Shown here one piece after another: positions 20,087-30,047 of a stretch of DNA of 64,000 nucleotides (positions are counted from its first letter, which is position 1; every line of letters begins with the position of its first letter). Below the pieces are notes generated by a model. It saw only the letters and a program-made list of their open reading frames with translations. It did not search any database and was not told where the DNA came from. Made by a program: the position numbers and the translations under genes. The stretch is from the NCBI GenBank assembly GCA_964531475.1, contig CAZHCS010000002.1, positions 4,548-68,547 on the forward strand, in the 5' to 3' direction. This DNA comes from an uncultured Candidatus Saccharibacteria bacterium. GTDB taxonomy: Bacteria; Patescibacteriota; Minisyncoccia; Phycocordibacterales; CSBR16-119.

Positions 20087-21919
20087 TTAGTCAAGAGAGA
20101 CGTAGTCGGTCTTGAATTCGTCGAGGTCGCTCGTGTAGCTGTTAAAGCTCGTCGTGCTACCAGTAGTGTTCCACTTGATAGACGTTAGAGCTGCGCGGAA
20201 CAAGTCATCAGTGTCAGAAGGACTCCTGAGGATTGTCATAGTGAAGGTTTCTGATTCACCCTCGTCAACCATGTAGAGACCACCCGTGAGAGTAGAGTCT
20301 GTATTGTTTGCAAGGACACCAGAGACATCAGTTACCGTAGTTGTTCCAGAGTAGTCAACTGCGAACGTGTTGTTTGCAGAGCCAGCTGTAGAGGCAACAG
20401 AGGAAACGTAGACATCATCACCGATAGCTGCAACCTTGAACTTGATAGTGAACGTTGCTGTATCACCATTGTTCGTGTCGCTAGCAGACTTAGTAGCGTC
20501 AACGCTTACGAGGTCCAAAGAGATACCGTTCTCACGGAATTCCTGGGCTTCGCCGCCGACAGTACCAGACTTCTCGTTAGCAGCAAGCTGATCGCCTTCT
20601 TCATTTTCGATGTCCATAGCACCGCGGTTTGTCGAAGTGACAGAGGCAGTGATAGTGGAACCAGCTGTGAAGTCATCAGCGTCAGCGATTTCAGCTACGA
20701 CTTCGAAGTCAACAGTGTCACCAGCTCCTAGATCAAATTCGAGGTTGTCGAAAGTGATAGAAGCAGTAGCACCAGCTGCGATCGAAGGAACCGATTCGGT
20801 GTATTCTTCACCGTCGATTACGAGTCGGATCGTAGAGACCATCGACTGGAAGGTCGAAGTGACTGGAGCAAACGTTACTGGGAATTCATCCAAAGTAGCG
20901 TCAGAATCTCCTTCGAGCTCGAGTTCGCCCTTCAAGAGGACAACATCATCAGTTGTACCTGCATCAGAGATAACTACGATACCAGCCTCTGGGTTGTCTT
21001 CATGAGTCGAAAGCTTGAGCTCAGTGTCAGCAGCATCAGAGAAGGTAACAAACGACATGCCGATACCGTCGCCAGCTGCATCCCAATCTATGTCAGTTGG
21101 GATTTCACCAGTTTCAGTAGTAACAACGCCGTCACCGTCTTCGTAGCGGACAGACTCGATAGCAACCGTCCAGGAATCAGAATCGATATCACCGGAATCA
21201 AGATTGCCAGCAGCGTCAACTGCGATCAAGAGCTTTTCAGTCTCTTCAGCGCGAACGATAGCACCATCAAGGGCGATAGTTCGAGTGTAAGTATCGTCAT
21301 CAGTCTCAGAGAAATCATCGACATCAGCAGAACCAACCTCTTCACCATCGAACCAGACAGAAACACGATCTACGTAATCATCGAGGTGGTCAGAATCCCC
21401 AGAGCTGTTACCAGACGGATCGAAGACAACCTTGACCGAGCGGAGCATGATATCACCGTCGTTCGAAGCTTCAACTTCGACACCAGCGACAACAACCTCT
21501 TCCTCACCTTCACCAACTTCTTCGTTAGTGTACTGAGAGAGAGTGTTCATGTCATCGATAGTACCGTTATCTCCTTCGAGATCACCGTTATCGTTGTTGT
21601 TATCATCGTTGCCGTTGTCATTGTTACCGCAAGAAGCAGCAGCCAATGCAGCACCCGTCATTGGGCCGACGACGCCGTCAGCAGTCAAGCCTTTCGAGGC
21701 CTGGAACGCCATGACGGAAGTCTTGGTCATAGGACCAAACTTACCATCAGCCGTTGCGCCAACGACAGACTGCATAGCCATGACCTGAGCACCAGTCGAA
21801 CCCTGCTTGAGGGTGACAGTGTGGGCGTAGCATGCAGCATCAACTGAAGCAGCAAAACCGAAAGCCAAAAGGGCAACGGCAGCGGCTACAGCGAAAGTTT
21901 TCGTTATAGATTTTGTCAT
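20087..21919 (-). CDS. Peptidoglycan-binding-domain surface (S-layer-like) protein
   Basis: Signal peptide, LKQGS.G..V..MQ / ADG.FGPMT..V.AFQ..GL.ADGVVG motifs, acidic beta-rich body. Confidence 0.8.
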   Translation of the reverse strand: MTKSITKTFAVAAAVALLAFGFAASVDAACYAHTVTLKQGSTGAQVMAMQSVVGATADGKFGPMTKTSVMAFQASKGLTADGVVGPMTGAALAAASCGNNDNGNDDNNNDNGDLEGDNGTIDDMNTLSQYTNEEVGEGEEEVVVAGVEVEASNDGDIMLRSVKVVFDPSGNSSGDSDHLDDYVDRVSVWFDGEEVGSADVDDFSETDDDTYTRTIALDGAIVRAEETEKLLIAVDAAGNLDSGDIDSDSWTVAIESVRYEDGDGVVTTETGEIPTDIDWDAAGDGIGMSFVTFSDAADTELKLSTHEDNPEAGIVVISDAGTTDDVVLLKGELELEGDSDATLDEFPVTFAPVTSTFQSMVSTIRLVIDGEEYTESVPSIAAGATASITFDNLEFDLGAGDTVDFEVVAEIADADDFTAGSTITASVTSTNRGAMDIENEEGDQLAANEKSGTVGGEAQEFRENGISLDLVSVDATKSASDTNNGDTATFTIKFKVAAIGDDVYVSSVASTAGSANNTFAVDYSGTTTVTDVSGVLANNTDSTLTGGLYMVDEGESETFTMTILRSPSDTDDLFRAALTSIKWNTTGSTTSFNSYTSDLDEFKTDYVSLD

Positions 21920-22495
21920 TTTTTTAATAACTGCAAATTATCGTTATTAATTCTCGAGAACGTTGCAACTTTTATTGAAGCAACGGTCTCGTGCGTGTCG
22001 CGCGCTTACGCGCGCGACACGACTTACCTTTCGGTGTTAACCGAAAGTTTTGCCACGGAGATTTTAAACTCTCCGCAGCGGACAGAAGCGGCGGCAACTC
22101 GCGAACTCATCGCCTTGTAGGATAAGAACGCGAAATCACGCGCCAGGTATCTGCCTTGTCGACATGGCGGAGTACCAGTATCGTCGACAAACTAAAAACA
22201 CCAGACTCTTCGAAAAGAATCTGGACGAAATTAAGTTGTCAATGATCGTGTATTCCTGAAGGTTTCCCTTCGTGCGCAAAGACCTAAGTCTTTGCGCGAA
22301 ACAATTTTAAACCATTTCGAGCCGAAGCCGCGAGATGGTTTGTGGATAACCCCTTTGGCTTACGCCTCGGAGCTACCCGCACATCATCTCATGTTTTCGA
22401 AAAAAACTCAATGTGAGCGTAGTCGAGTGTCATGAGCGACGTGCAAATGAAGACGACCAGAAAAACCTTATATTACAATATCAATGTTTGACAAA
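21920..22495 (-). promoter_or_regulatory. Long structured 5' leader/intergenic region of surface-protein gene
   Basis: About 575 nt without ORF, many perfect hairpins (e.g. gtgtcgcgcg-ctta-cgcgcgacac), boxA-like GATCATTGACAAC. Confidence 0.55.
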
Positions 22496-22505
22496 AGCCT
22501 TTTAC

Positions 22506-23345
22506 TTATGCGTTTAGTGAGTACCTGCTCCACCTCTTTTCGCCACTCTTTTTAACCTTGCCCAAAACCACTAAAGCATTGAGATCACGAAGAACTGTCT
22601 TTTGGCTATAATCTTTGAAATACGAAACGATGTCTTTTATGGCGATATCCTTCTTTTCAGTAATCAGAGTAATGATTTTCTGCTTTCGCTCATCCATACT
22701 AGGAGCTTCAGCCGCCGTTATTTTTGTCGGCCTTTTTATAAAAGACATTGGCTTTTCATAATGTCTTTTAGAAATTGGTGTTTCTTTGGTTGGTACTGAG
22801 GCAGCGTATTCTTCCATGTCAGAATCCTCGACCCGGAAAAAATCGCTCCTTAGCACCAAGTTGGAGGCCTCTCCTTCGGCCATCTTCATATCACGAATAC
22901 CCGAAAAGCCTTCTATGCGCTGACGGTTGCGCAAATCTCCGATAAATTCTATTAGCGCATGCTTCAAAACGCTGTAGTTCATGTCCGATACAAAACCGAC
23001 AACTGTAGAAACCTCTAACAAAGACACTATCTCCCAGGACTTAGAAATTATTCTTGCTATATGAAAATGTAGGTCGCCCGTCAAAGCATATGAAAGGCTT
23101 CTAGTGTCCGATAAAACCGACAAGGCCCGCTCGCGTACCCTGTTACGCATAGGATCGGCCGTATCAATAAGATCAGTTACCATATATATGGCCGTAGTTA
23201 TCTTTTCGGCTTTCTTAGAAACGGACATGAAAACACCTTCGTGAGGGACACGCTTGATTTTATTGGACACGGAGATTTTATTCTGCTCATGTCCATTAGA
23301 TTTAATCTCCTCACTTAGCATAATCTTGTCTTTGAATGTGTCCAT
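22506..23345 (-). CDS. Hypothetical protein with C-terminal DeoR-like winged HTH
   Basis: RKQKII...SQKTVLRDL..LV..G.VKK.GEKRW; start uncertain. Confidence 0.7.
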   Translation of the reverse strand: MDTFKDKIMLSEEIKSNGHEQNKISVSNKIKRVPHEGVFMSVSKKAEKITTAIYMVTDLIDTADPMRNRVRERALSVLSDTRSLSYALTGDLHFHIARIISKSWEIVSLLEVSTVVGFVSDMNYSVLKHALIEFIGDLRNRQRIEGFSGIRDMKMAEGEASNLVLRSDFFRVEDSDMEEYAASVPTKETPISKRHYEKPMSFIKRPTKITAAEAPSMDERKQKIITLITEKKDIAIKDIVSYFKDYSQKTVLRDLNALVVLGKVKKSGEKRWSRYSLNA

Positions 23346-23493
23346 TATACAAGAGCCCAACTGAAAGACAAATGCGCCGAGCGCGACACCTTTTTCAAAA
23401 GACATTGTCGAGTGTCCGGCCAGGGTGCATGGGCAATTTCTGTGAAAAAACCTTATTTTGCAAAGCTATTTTGTGATACAATAATCACCGTAT

Positions 23494-25926
23494 ATGGCTA
23501 AAAAAACTTCTCGCAAGAAAGCTGCCGCGGTTCGTTCCGCGGCTCCGATTGAGAATTCTGAAACACTGCTTGGTATGCGCGTGAGCGCTGAAACCAAGAA
23601 CAGTATATTTTCTATATTGTTCTTTGTCTTTGCACTCGTCTTTGCGCTTTCGGGCTTCCGACTTGGCGGCGTTGCCGGAAATTTTATTTATACCAACTTA
23701 TCAAACCTTTTAGGCGTCGGCTACGTACTCTTGCCTTTGGTTTTCATACTACTTGGCATATCTTCATACAAATCTGAACGACCTGCTTTTGGTGTAACAC
23801 ATATAGTATCTGGCGTACTATTTCTTTTTTCTGGACTTGGAGTCATTCATATTATAAAAGCTGGTGCCGCAGGTGCTGTCGGCAAGATTTCTTCGTGGCC
23901 ATTCGTCAAGCTCTTTGATGTATATCTGGCATTCATATTTTTATTCGCACTATTCGTCGTATCGCTCGTAATCATGTTCGACAAGAGGCCAAGCTGGAGT
24001 CGTTTCAAAGAACGATTGGCCGGATGGTTCGGCTCGCATGTAGAGCCTACAGAAGAAGAAGCCGATTCATCTTCTGAAGAAGAGCCAAACGAAGAAGAGG
24101 AAGAGCCTGCTCCCGAACCTGCTCCGACCACTGCCCCACTTCCAGAAGAGCCTGTTGCCGAAGAACCTGAACGTCAGGGCGCCGTGCCTTTTAGCGCGTC
24201 TTTCAAATCGTCCGGCGAATACAAGGCACCGCCACTTAGTCTCCTACAGAAAAATGATCAAAAGGCTGTAACGGGAGACATCAAAGCCAATTCAAATATT
24301 ATAAAACGCACACTCGAAAACTTCGGCATAGATGTCGAAATGGACGAAGTGACTGTTGGTCCGACTATTACTCGTTTTGCGTTGAAGCCAGCCCAGGGTG
24401 TGCGATTGTCACGCATAACAGCATTGTCGAACGAGCTTCGTCTCGCGCTTGCCGCATCATCGATCCGTATCCAGGCCCCTATTCCTGGAAAGTCACTCGT
24501 CGGTATCGAGGTACCAAATCAAACCAAAGCCATGGTCGACCTGCGAAGCCTTTTGGCCGGAAAAGAGTTCAAAGATTCACCAAAACCTCTGCTTGCGGCA
24601 CTTGGCAGAAGCGTCTCCGGCAAGGCAGAATACGGCAATATCGGTAAGATGCCTCACTTACTCGTTGCCGGAGCAACTGGTTCGGGTAAATCCGTGACAG
24701 TGCACACGATGATCACTTCACTCCTATATAGGAATGGGCCGGAAGACTTGCGCTTCATCATGGTCGACCCAAAACGTGTCGAGTTGACCTTATACAATGG
24801 TATCCCCCACTTGCTGACACCGGTTATTACAAACCCAAAGAAAGCTATTCTCGCGCTCAAGTGGGCTGTTTCGGAAATGGAACGCCGTTACGACATTTTG
24901 GAAAAATGTGCCGTCCGTGATATCGATTCTTATCACGCAAAATACAAAAAGGCTTCACGCGAAGATAACGGCCCCGAAGGTATGCCGTATATTCTCATAA
25001 TCATCGACGAGTTGGCCGACATCATGACGACTTACCCGCGCGAACTCGAGTCCGGTATTGTGCGTTTGGCCCAAATGTCCCGAGCTGTTGGTATCCACCT
25101 CATCCTCTCGACCCAGCGTCCTTCGGTCAACGTCATCACTGGTCTCATCAAAGCCAATGTCCCGAGCCGTATCGCACTTCAAGTATCATCCCAAATCGAC
25201 TCACGCACTATTCTCGACAATGCCGGAGCCGAAAAGCTCTTGGGAGCTGGCGACATGCTTTTTGCGTCAGGCGAAATGGCCCAGCCGCAGCGCATCCAAT
25301 GCGCATTCATTTCTGAAGACGAAGTCAAAGCCGTGACGCACTATCTAAAGACACGCTACCGTGATGAATTGCCTGATGATTTGAATCTAGGCGACGGATC
25401 GATCAGTGCTGACGCGAGCATCTTTTCATCTAGCCTCGAAGACGAAGACCGCGATGAACTTTTTGCGGAGGCAAAAAAACTCGTCATCGAAGAGAAAAAG
25501 GCGTCAACGTCGTACATTCAACGCCGTCTCAAGATCGGCTATTCGCGCGCAGCCCGCATCTTGGATGAACTCGAACAGGCCGGTGTCGTCGGTCCGGCCA
25601 ACGGGGCTAAAGCCCGCGAGATATTCGCCGATGCGGCGACAGTAGGCGCGGCGCGGCCGGCGGCTCCCTTGTCGCCTGCGCCGGCCGCGCCGCGCCCCCA
25701 CACCGTAACAATAGTTCGCGATGACGAAGAAGATGAGACTCCAACCGAAGACGATGATGTGGGCAACGACGACATGTGGCGCGACCAAGAAAATATGAGC
25801 GACGACGGCGACGGCTTCACTGCGACAGAAGATGAGACAGCTCCTGTGGTTGAAGACGAAGAGGTCGTCGCGATAGAAGATGATGAAAATAGCAGCAACG
25901 ATTATGACGAGAACGACAAATATTAA
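23494..25926 (+). CDS. ftsK: DNA translocase FtsK
   Basis: N-terminal TMs, PHLLVAGATGSGKS, IIDELAD, gamma domain QRRLKIGYSRAAR; acidic tail. Confidence 0.96.
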   Translation: MAKKTSRKKAAAVRSAAPIENSETLLGMRVSAETKNSIFSILFFVFALVFALSGFRLGGVAGNFIYTNLSNLLGVGYVLLPLVFILLGISSYKSERPAFGVTHIVSGVLFLFSGLGVIHIIKAGAAGAVGKISSWPFVKLFDVYLAFIFLFALFVVSLVIMFDKRPSWSRFKERLAGWFGSHVEPTEEEADSSSEEEPNEEEEEPAPEPAPTTAPLPEEPVAEEPERQGAVPFSASFKSSGEYKAPPLSLLQKNDQKAVTGDIKANSNIIKRTLENFGIDVEMDEVTVGPTITRFALKPAQGVRLSRITALSNELRLALAASSIRIQAPIPGKSLVGIEVPNQTKAMVDLRSLLAGKEFKDSPKPLLAALGRSVSGKAEYGNIGKMPHLLVAGATGSGKSVTVHTMITSLLYRNGPEDLRFIMVDPKRVELTLYNGIPHLLTPVITNPKKAILALKWAVSEMERRYDILEKCAVRDIDSYHAKYKKASREDNGPEGMPYILIIIDELADIMTTYPRELESGIVRLAQMSRAVGIHLILSTQRPSVNVITGLIKANVPSRIALQVSSQIDSRTILDNAGAEKLLGAGDMLFASGEMAQPQRIQCAFISEDEVKAVTHYLKTRYRDELPDDLNLGDGSISADASIFSSSLEDEDRDELFAEAKKLVIEEKKASTSYIQRRLKIGYSRAARILDELEQAGVVGPANGAKAREIFADAATVGAARPAAPLSPAPAAPRPHTVTIVRDDEEDETPTEDDDVGNDDMWRDQENMSDDGDGFTATEDETAPVVEDEEVVAIEDDENSSNDYDENDKY

Positions 25927-26284
25927 AACTTGGCTGCGCGCAGGACTCTTGGTCGGTCTTTTCGCCTTTATTATCGGCTATGCATTCTTTCGGACCCAAG
26001 CTGTCGCCAAAGGTGTTGCGCTAGTGATCGAAGGGCTTGCTGATGGATGGGAGACGCACGAGCAACTGATAACGCTCACTGGTACCGCAGCCCACGCAAC
26101 ACACCTATTGATCAACGGCCACGAAACTGCAGTCGACGAGGAAAACCGTTTCGTCAAGACATTGGCCCTCTCCCCCGGCTATAATATAATCACTGTAGAG
26201 GCTCGCGACCGTTTTGAACAGACGACCCGGACAGTCTACCGAGTCTTGTATCAAGAAGCGGAAGCAAAGACGAACGATTTATAA
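25904..26284 (+). CDS. Small membrane-anchored Ig-like domain protein
   Basis: N-terminal TM then L.G.A...ING...L.PG.N.I.VEA.D. Confidence 0.65.
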   Translation: MTRTTNIKTWLRAGLLVGLFAFIIGYAFFRTQAVAKGVALVIEGLADGWETHEQLITLTGTAAHATHLLINGHETAVDEENRFVKTLALSPGYNIITVEARDRFEQTTRTVYRVLYQEAEAKTNDL

Positions 26285-26301
26285 ACATTTAAAAACAACG
26301 T

Positions 26302-27408
26302 ATGGCATTAAAAAAGAAAAAGGTTGAAAAGAGCGAAAAATCCATCGAGGAACGAGACGAAGCGGCGCCAGCCGCGAGCGGTATGGCCGGAATCGAAAGC
26401 ACTCTCAAGGCCATCCAGACCAAGTTCGGCGAAGGTGCCATCATGAAGATGGGCGACACGCCAAAAGTAAGCATTGGCGCCATCTCGACTGGCTCGCTCG
26501 GTCTTGATGCCGCGCTCGGTATCGGCGGACTTCCAAAGGGTCGCATCATCGAAATATTCGGCCCTGAATCATCAGGAAAAACCACGCTCGCGCTCCACGT
26601 CGTCTCAGAAGCCCAAAAGCGCGGGGGTATCTGCGCCTATATCGACGCCGAACACGCCATGGATCCGGACTATTCGCGCAAACTCGGCGTCAACACCGAC
26701 GAACTCCTCATTTCGCAACCTGACAATGGTGAACAGGCGCTCGAGATCTGCGAATCGCTAGTACGAAGTGGCAAAATTGACGTTGTTGTCGTTGACTCAG
26801 TCGCGGCACTGACGCCGAAAGATGAAATCGAAGGTGACATGGGTTCGCACCAAGTCGGCAAACAGGCTCGTCTCATGTCGCAAGCAATGCGCAAACTTAC
26901 CGCCCTCGTGTCACGCTCAAAAACAATCATCATCTTCATCAACCAGATCCGCATGCAAATCGGCGTCATGTTCGGAAACCCCGAAACGACAACTGGCGGC
27001 AAGGCGCTCAAATTCTATTCATCGGTGCGCCTTGATATCCGCCGAATAGCGTCAATCAAAAAAGGCGAAGAGGTTGTTGGTTCGCGTACGCGCGTCAAAG
27101 TCGTGAAAAACAAGGTCGCTGCCCCGTTCAAACAGACCGAGTTCGACATAATTTACGGCGAAGGCATCTCCATAGAGGGCGAAATGCTCGCGCTTGGCGA
27201 GAAGATGGGCTTCATCAAAAAGTCTGGCGCGTCTTACAGCTACGTTCCAAATGGAGGTGACTCCTCCTCCGCCAAGGCTTCGGAGGACAAGGAAGTAAAA
27301 CTCGGCCGCGGCTACGATGCTACCCGCCAATTCCTCAAAGAAAAGGAAAACAAAAAAGTCCGCAACGATATCTTGAAAGATGTCGTGAACGGACTGAAGA
27401 CGATATAG
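26302..27408 (+). CDS. recA: Recombinase RecA
   Basis: [29 protein letters not shown]. Confidence 0.99.
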   Translation: MALKKKKVEKSEKSIEERDEAAPAASGMAGIESTLKAIQTKFGEGAIMKMGDTPKVSIGAISTGSLGLDAALGIGGLPKGRIIEIFGPESSGKTTLALHVVSEAQKRGGICAYIDAEHAMDPDYSRKLGVNTDELLISQPDNGEQALEICESLVRSGKIDVVVVDSVAALTPKDEIEGDMGSHQVGKQARLMSQAMRKLTALVSRSKTIIIFINQIRMQIGVMFGNPETTTGGKALKFYSSVRLDIRRIASIKKGEEVVGSRTRVKVVKNKVAAPFKQTEFDIIYGEGISIEGEMLALGEKMGFIKKSGASYSYVPNGGDSSSAKASEDKEVKLGRGYDATRQFLKEKENKKVRNDILKDVVNGLKTI

Positions 27409-27412
27409 AATC

Positions 27413-27440
27413 AAAAAAGCCCCGCGTGAGCGGGGCTTTC
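27413..27440. terminator. Bidirectional terminator between recA and putative ncRNA
   Basis: aaaaaagccccgc-gtga-gcggggctttc. Confidence 0.7.
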
Positions 27441-27762
27441 GGTTGGCTTTCTCGCCGACCGCTCCTGTTTGTAATACAGGAGTAAAATATTGTGATTCCC
27501 TTTCGGGAAATTGTACAAAGGAACTTCGGTCCTCGGCGGAGCAGCGTAAGCTGCTCCGCACGAGAACTATACTCCCAGCTCGACACCAAGATCTATGCTG
27601 GAAAATCGGACAGCGGGCTAACGGGGTTGGACCACACGGGATCCCCTTTCTTCTTTCCCTCGTTGGCATGGGAGCTTGACGATAGTCTACGCCATCCCCA
27701 GCTTGCATAATGCCTTGGCTAACCAGAGTTCATTCGAGGCTCCTATCTTCAAAGAACTCCCT
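27441..27762 (-). ncRNA. Putative structured ncRNA A (unknown family)
   Basis: TTGACA..TAAGCT promoter-like site (27766-27793), hairpins, 24-nt core identical to 39235-39258, terminator downstream. Confidence 0.5.
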
Positions 27763-27793
27763 GAAAGCTTAGCATATATAAAATATTTGTCAA

Positions 27794-27863
27794 GCACACA
27801 CACCTACTTTTTGATGGGCTTCGCCATGCGCCTTTGGCGCAATCAAAAAGTAGGTGTGTGTGC
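27794..27863. repeat. REP-like palindrome family A, copy 1
   Basis: CACACCTACTTTTT...AAAAAGTAGGTGTG arms; inner gcgcc-ttt-ggcgc. Confidence 0.8.
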
Positions 27864-27966
27864 AGGCATTTTCTTAGCTGTTTTTCTAATCACGAAAAAA
27901 ACCTTGTTTTCAAGGCTATTTAGGCGTTTACGGCAATAACCCGCTAAGCAGCTTATTGTAGTGAGA

Positions 27967-28506
27967 TTATTTGATGAGTTCGACGAGCTTTGCGACCAGG
28001 CGCTCAGGATCATCTTCAAAGACGACGGCCATATGGCTTTTTGGATGTTCGCCGACAAGGCGCTTGATAACCTCGTCGGTTTCCCACGCACCGCGAAGGA
28101 CGCCGACAGGTTTGCCCTCTTGGAGTGCGAGTGTAAATTCATGGAGCGCGTCAAGCTTGCCGCAGCCGACAATAACTGCATCGGCCGCCCGTGTCGCAAA
28201 TATCTGCGCACCACTTCCGCCAAAACCTGTGTAAATGACAATATCGCCATGGTCTCCATCGAGTCTGTATATATCACGGTGTTCGCGCTCGTTAGCCGCC
28301 GGCGAGATATAGAGCGTTTCGCCGCGGCGCTCTTTGGCGCCAATAGCCGCAAAGAGTGGGAAGCCATGCTGCGCGCCAGTAATGAGCAAGTGCCCCGCCT
28401 TCCCCACTTCGCGACCAAGACGCTTGGCGAGCTCGAGCGCATCGAGACTCGCGCCATGCGTTTCAATGGCGCCCGTCACGGCAAATTTCAACCGACGAGA
28501 TTTCAT
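27967..28506 (-). CDS. LOG/SLOG family nucleotide-binding protein
   Basis: LITGA..G.P, GAKE..G, YTGFG, E...A...GKPVGVL. Confidence 0.8.
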   Translation of the reverse strand: MKSRRLKFAVTGAIETHGASLDALELAKRLGREVGKAGHLLITGAQHGFPLFAAIGAKERRGETLYISPAANEREHRDIYRLDGDHGDIVIYTGFGGSGAQIFATRAADAVIVGCGKLDALHEFTLALQEGKPVGVLRGAWETDEVIKRLVGEHPKSHMAVVFEDDPERLVAKLVELIK

Positions 28507-28528
28507 ATGCAAAGATTATAGCACAGTG

Positions 28529-28652
28529 GCGCAGCGCAGGGGCTTTCAAAAAGGCTCGCCGCAGGTCCGAGTTTACAGAGGGCCGAGGCGGAAGAAAATC
28601 CGCCCTATGGGGGCGGATTATTCTGGTCTTTTTGAAAGCCCCTGCGCGTAGC
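28529..28652. repeat. Stop-codon-abutting palindrome, type B copy 1
   Basis: gcgcaggggctttcaaaaag...ctttttgaaagcccctgcgc; inner CCGCAGG/CCGAGG; sibling at 62844-62971. Confidence 0.7.
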
Positions 28653-30047
28653 CTAAAACATAAGCTCAACACTCTCACCGCTACGCGGTACGACGGCGTT
28701 GACACCCAAGTGATCGCGCAGCTTTTGGGCGAGGAACATCGAGACGTTCGGCTCGCCCATGACGAGGAACGCTTTTTTCAAACTCTCGCGCGTCTTTTCA
28801 ACAAACTGTACCAAGTGAAATGAGTCTTTGTGCCCCGAAAAGCCTTGGATCGTTTCAACTTTTGCTCGCACGTCAATGCGCTCATGGAAAATCATGACAT
28901 CGCGACGTCCTTCTTGGAGCAAGCGCCCAAGCGTACCCGGCGTTTGGTAACCAGTCAGAAGCAGTGTCGCATTCGGGTCGGATAGATAGTTCTTCTCGTG
29001 ATGCAAAATCCTACCGCCAGACGACATGCCTGATCCAGCCATGATTATTTTCGGATTAGGCGCTTTCAAAATAGCGATGGAGTCCTGGGTCTTTTCGGTC
29101 TCAATAAGTCCCGGGAAATTAAAAATGTCATCGCCTGAATTGATCTGCTCGCGTACGGTTTCTTTCAAATACTTCGTGTGCTTCCGAAAGACATCAGTCA
29201 CGCGAATAGCGAGCGGAGAATCAAGGAATATTTTCATGTTCGGCACCTGCTTGCTCTCGACAAAGTTATTTATCTCGTACAAAAATTCCTGCGTGCGCTC
29301 GAGCGAAAATATGGGCACGACGAGTACGCTTTTTTTCTTGTGGGTATCGAGTATAGCCTGCTTTAGCTTATCCTCACGTTCGCTGCGCTCTTCGTGATTG
29401 CGGTCGCCATAGACTGATTCCATGACCAAATACGTTGCGTCGGTCACAGCTTCGGTATCAGCAAGGAGCGGCGATGGCGAATTGCCAAGATCGCCAGTAA
29501 AAACAATCTTTGTCCCGTTGTAAACGATTTCTGCCATAGCCGAACCCAAGACATGCCCCGCGTCTTTAAAGACAACATCGAGCTCACCGCCGAGCGAAAA
29601 CTTTTCGTGATATGAAAATCCTTCCCAAAGTGAAATAGCCTTGTCGATAACACGCTCGGCGTACATTTCATCGAGGCGAAACTCTCGGCCACTATCAGAG
29701 CCTGCCAAAATATTTGCCGTATCGCGCAACATGACAGCCGCCAAATCGCGCGTCGCAGTTGTAGAAATAATGCGGCCCTTGAAACCTTCGTGAACAAGTT
29801 TCGGTATTCGACCAATGTGGTCGGTATGGGCATGAGTCACAATGAGCACATCGACGCTCGCTGGGTCATACGAAAACGGGTGCCAATTCTCGAGCTCGGC
29901 CAAATGCTCTCCTTGGATAAGTCCGCAATCAATTAAGACTTTAAAGCCGCTTTCGGTCTCGATGAGGAAATTCGCGCCCGTCACCCAGCCAGCGCCGCCA
30001 GCAAAAGTCAGCTTTAGCCTCTTTTTTCCATCATTATTTTTTGCCAT
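28653..30047 (-). CDS. MBL-fold beta-CASP ribonuclease (Ysh1/TTHA0252-like)
   Basis: THAHTDHIG, AGHVLGS, FTGDLG, ESVYG, FSGH. Confidence 0.9.
   Translation of the reverse strand: MAKNNDGKKRLKLTFAGGAGWVTGANFLIETESGFKVLIDCGLIQGEHLAELENWHPFSYDPASVDVLIVTHAHTDHIGRIPKLVHEGFKGRIISTTATRDLAAVMLRDTANILAGSDSGREFRLDEMYAERVIDKAISLWEGFSYHEKFSLGGELDVVFKDAGHVLGSAMAEIVYNGTKIVFTGDLGNSPSPLLADTEAVTDATYLVMESVYGDRNHEERSEREDKLKQAILDTHKKKSVLVVPIFSLERTQEFLYEINNFVESKQVPNMKIFLDSPLAIRVTDVFRKHTKYLKETVREQINSGDDIFNFPGLIETEKTQDSIAILKAPNPKIIMAGSGMSSGGRILHHEKNYLSDPNATLLLTGYQTPGTLGRLLQEGRRDVMIFHERIDVRAKVETIQGFSGHKDSFHLVQFVEKTRESLKKAFLVMGEPNVSMFLAQKLRDHLGVNAVVPRSGESVELMF

Noticed and set aside
21002-21847. Long antisense ORFs (e.g. 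21002-21847, 46344-47177, 27961-28521)
   Set aside because: Opposite well-supported genes; explained by codon-bias shadows.
22341-22349. oriC suggested by DnaA box TGTGGATAA
   Set aside because: Single box, no cluster, no dnaA/dnaN nearby.
27492-27710. Plus-strand ORFs starting VIPFREIV at 27492 and 39235 as a small-protein family
   Set aside because: Identity is limited to 24 nt with no synonymous changes and no later protein similarity; promoter and terminator signals point to the minus strand.
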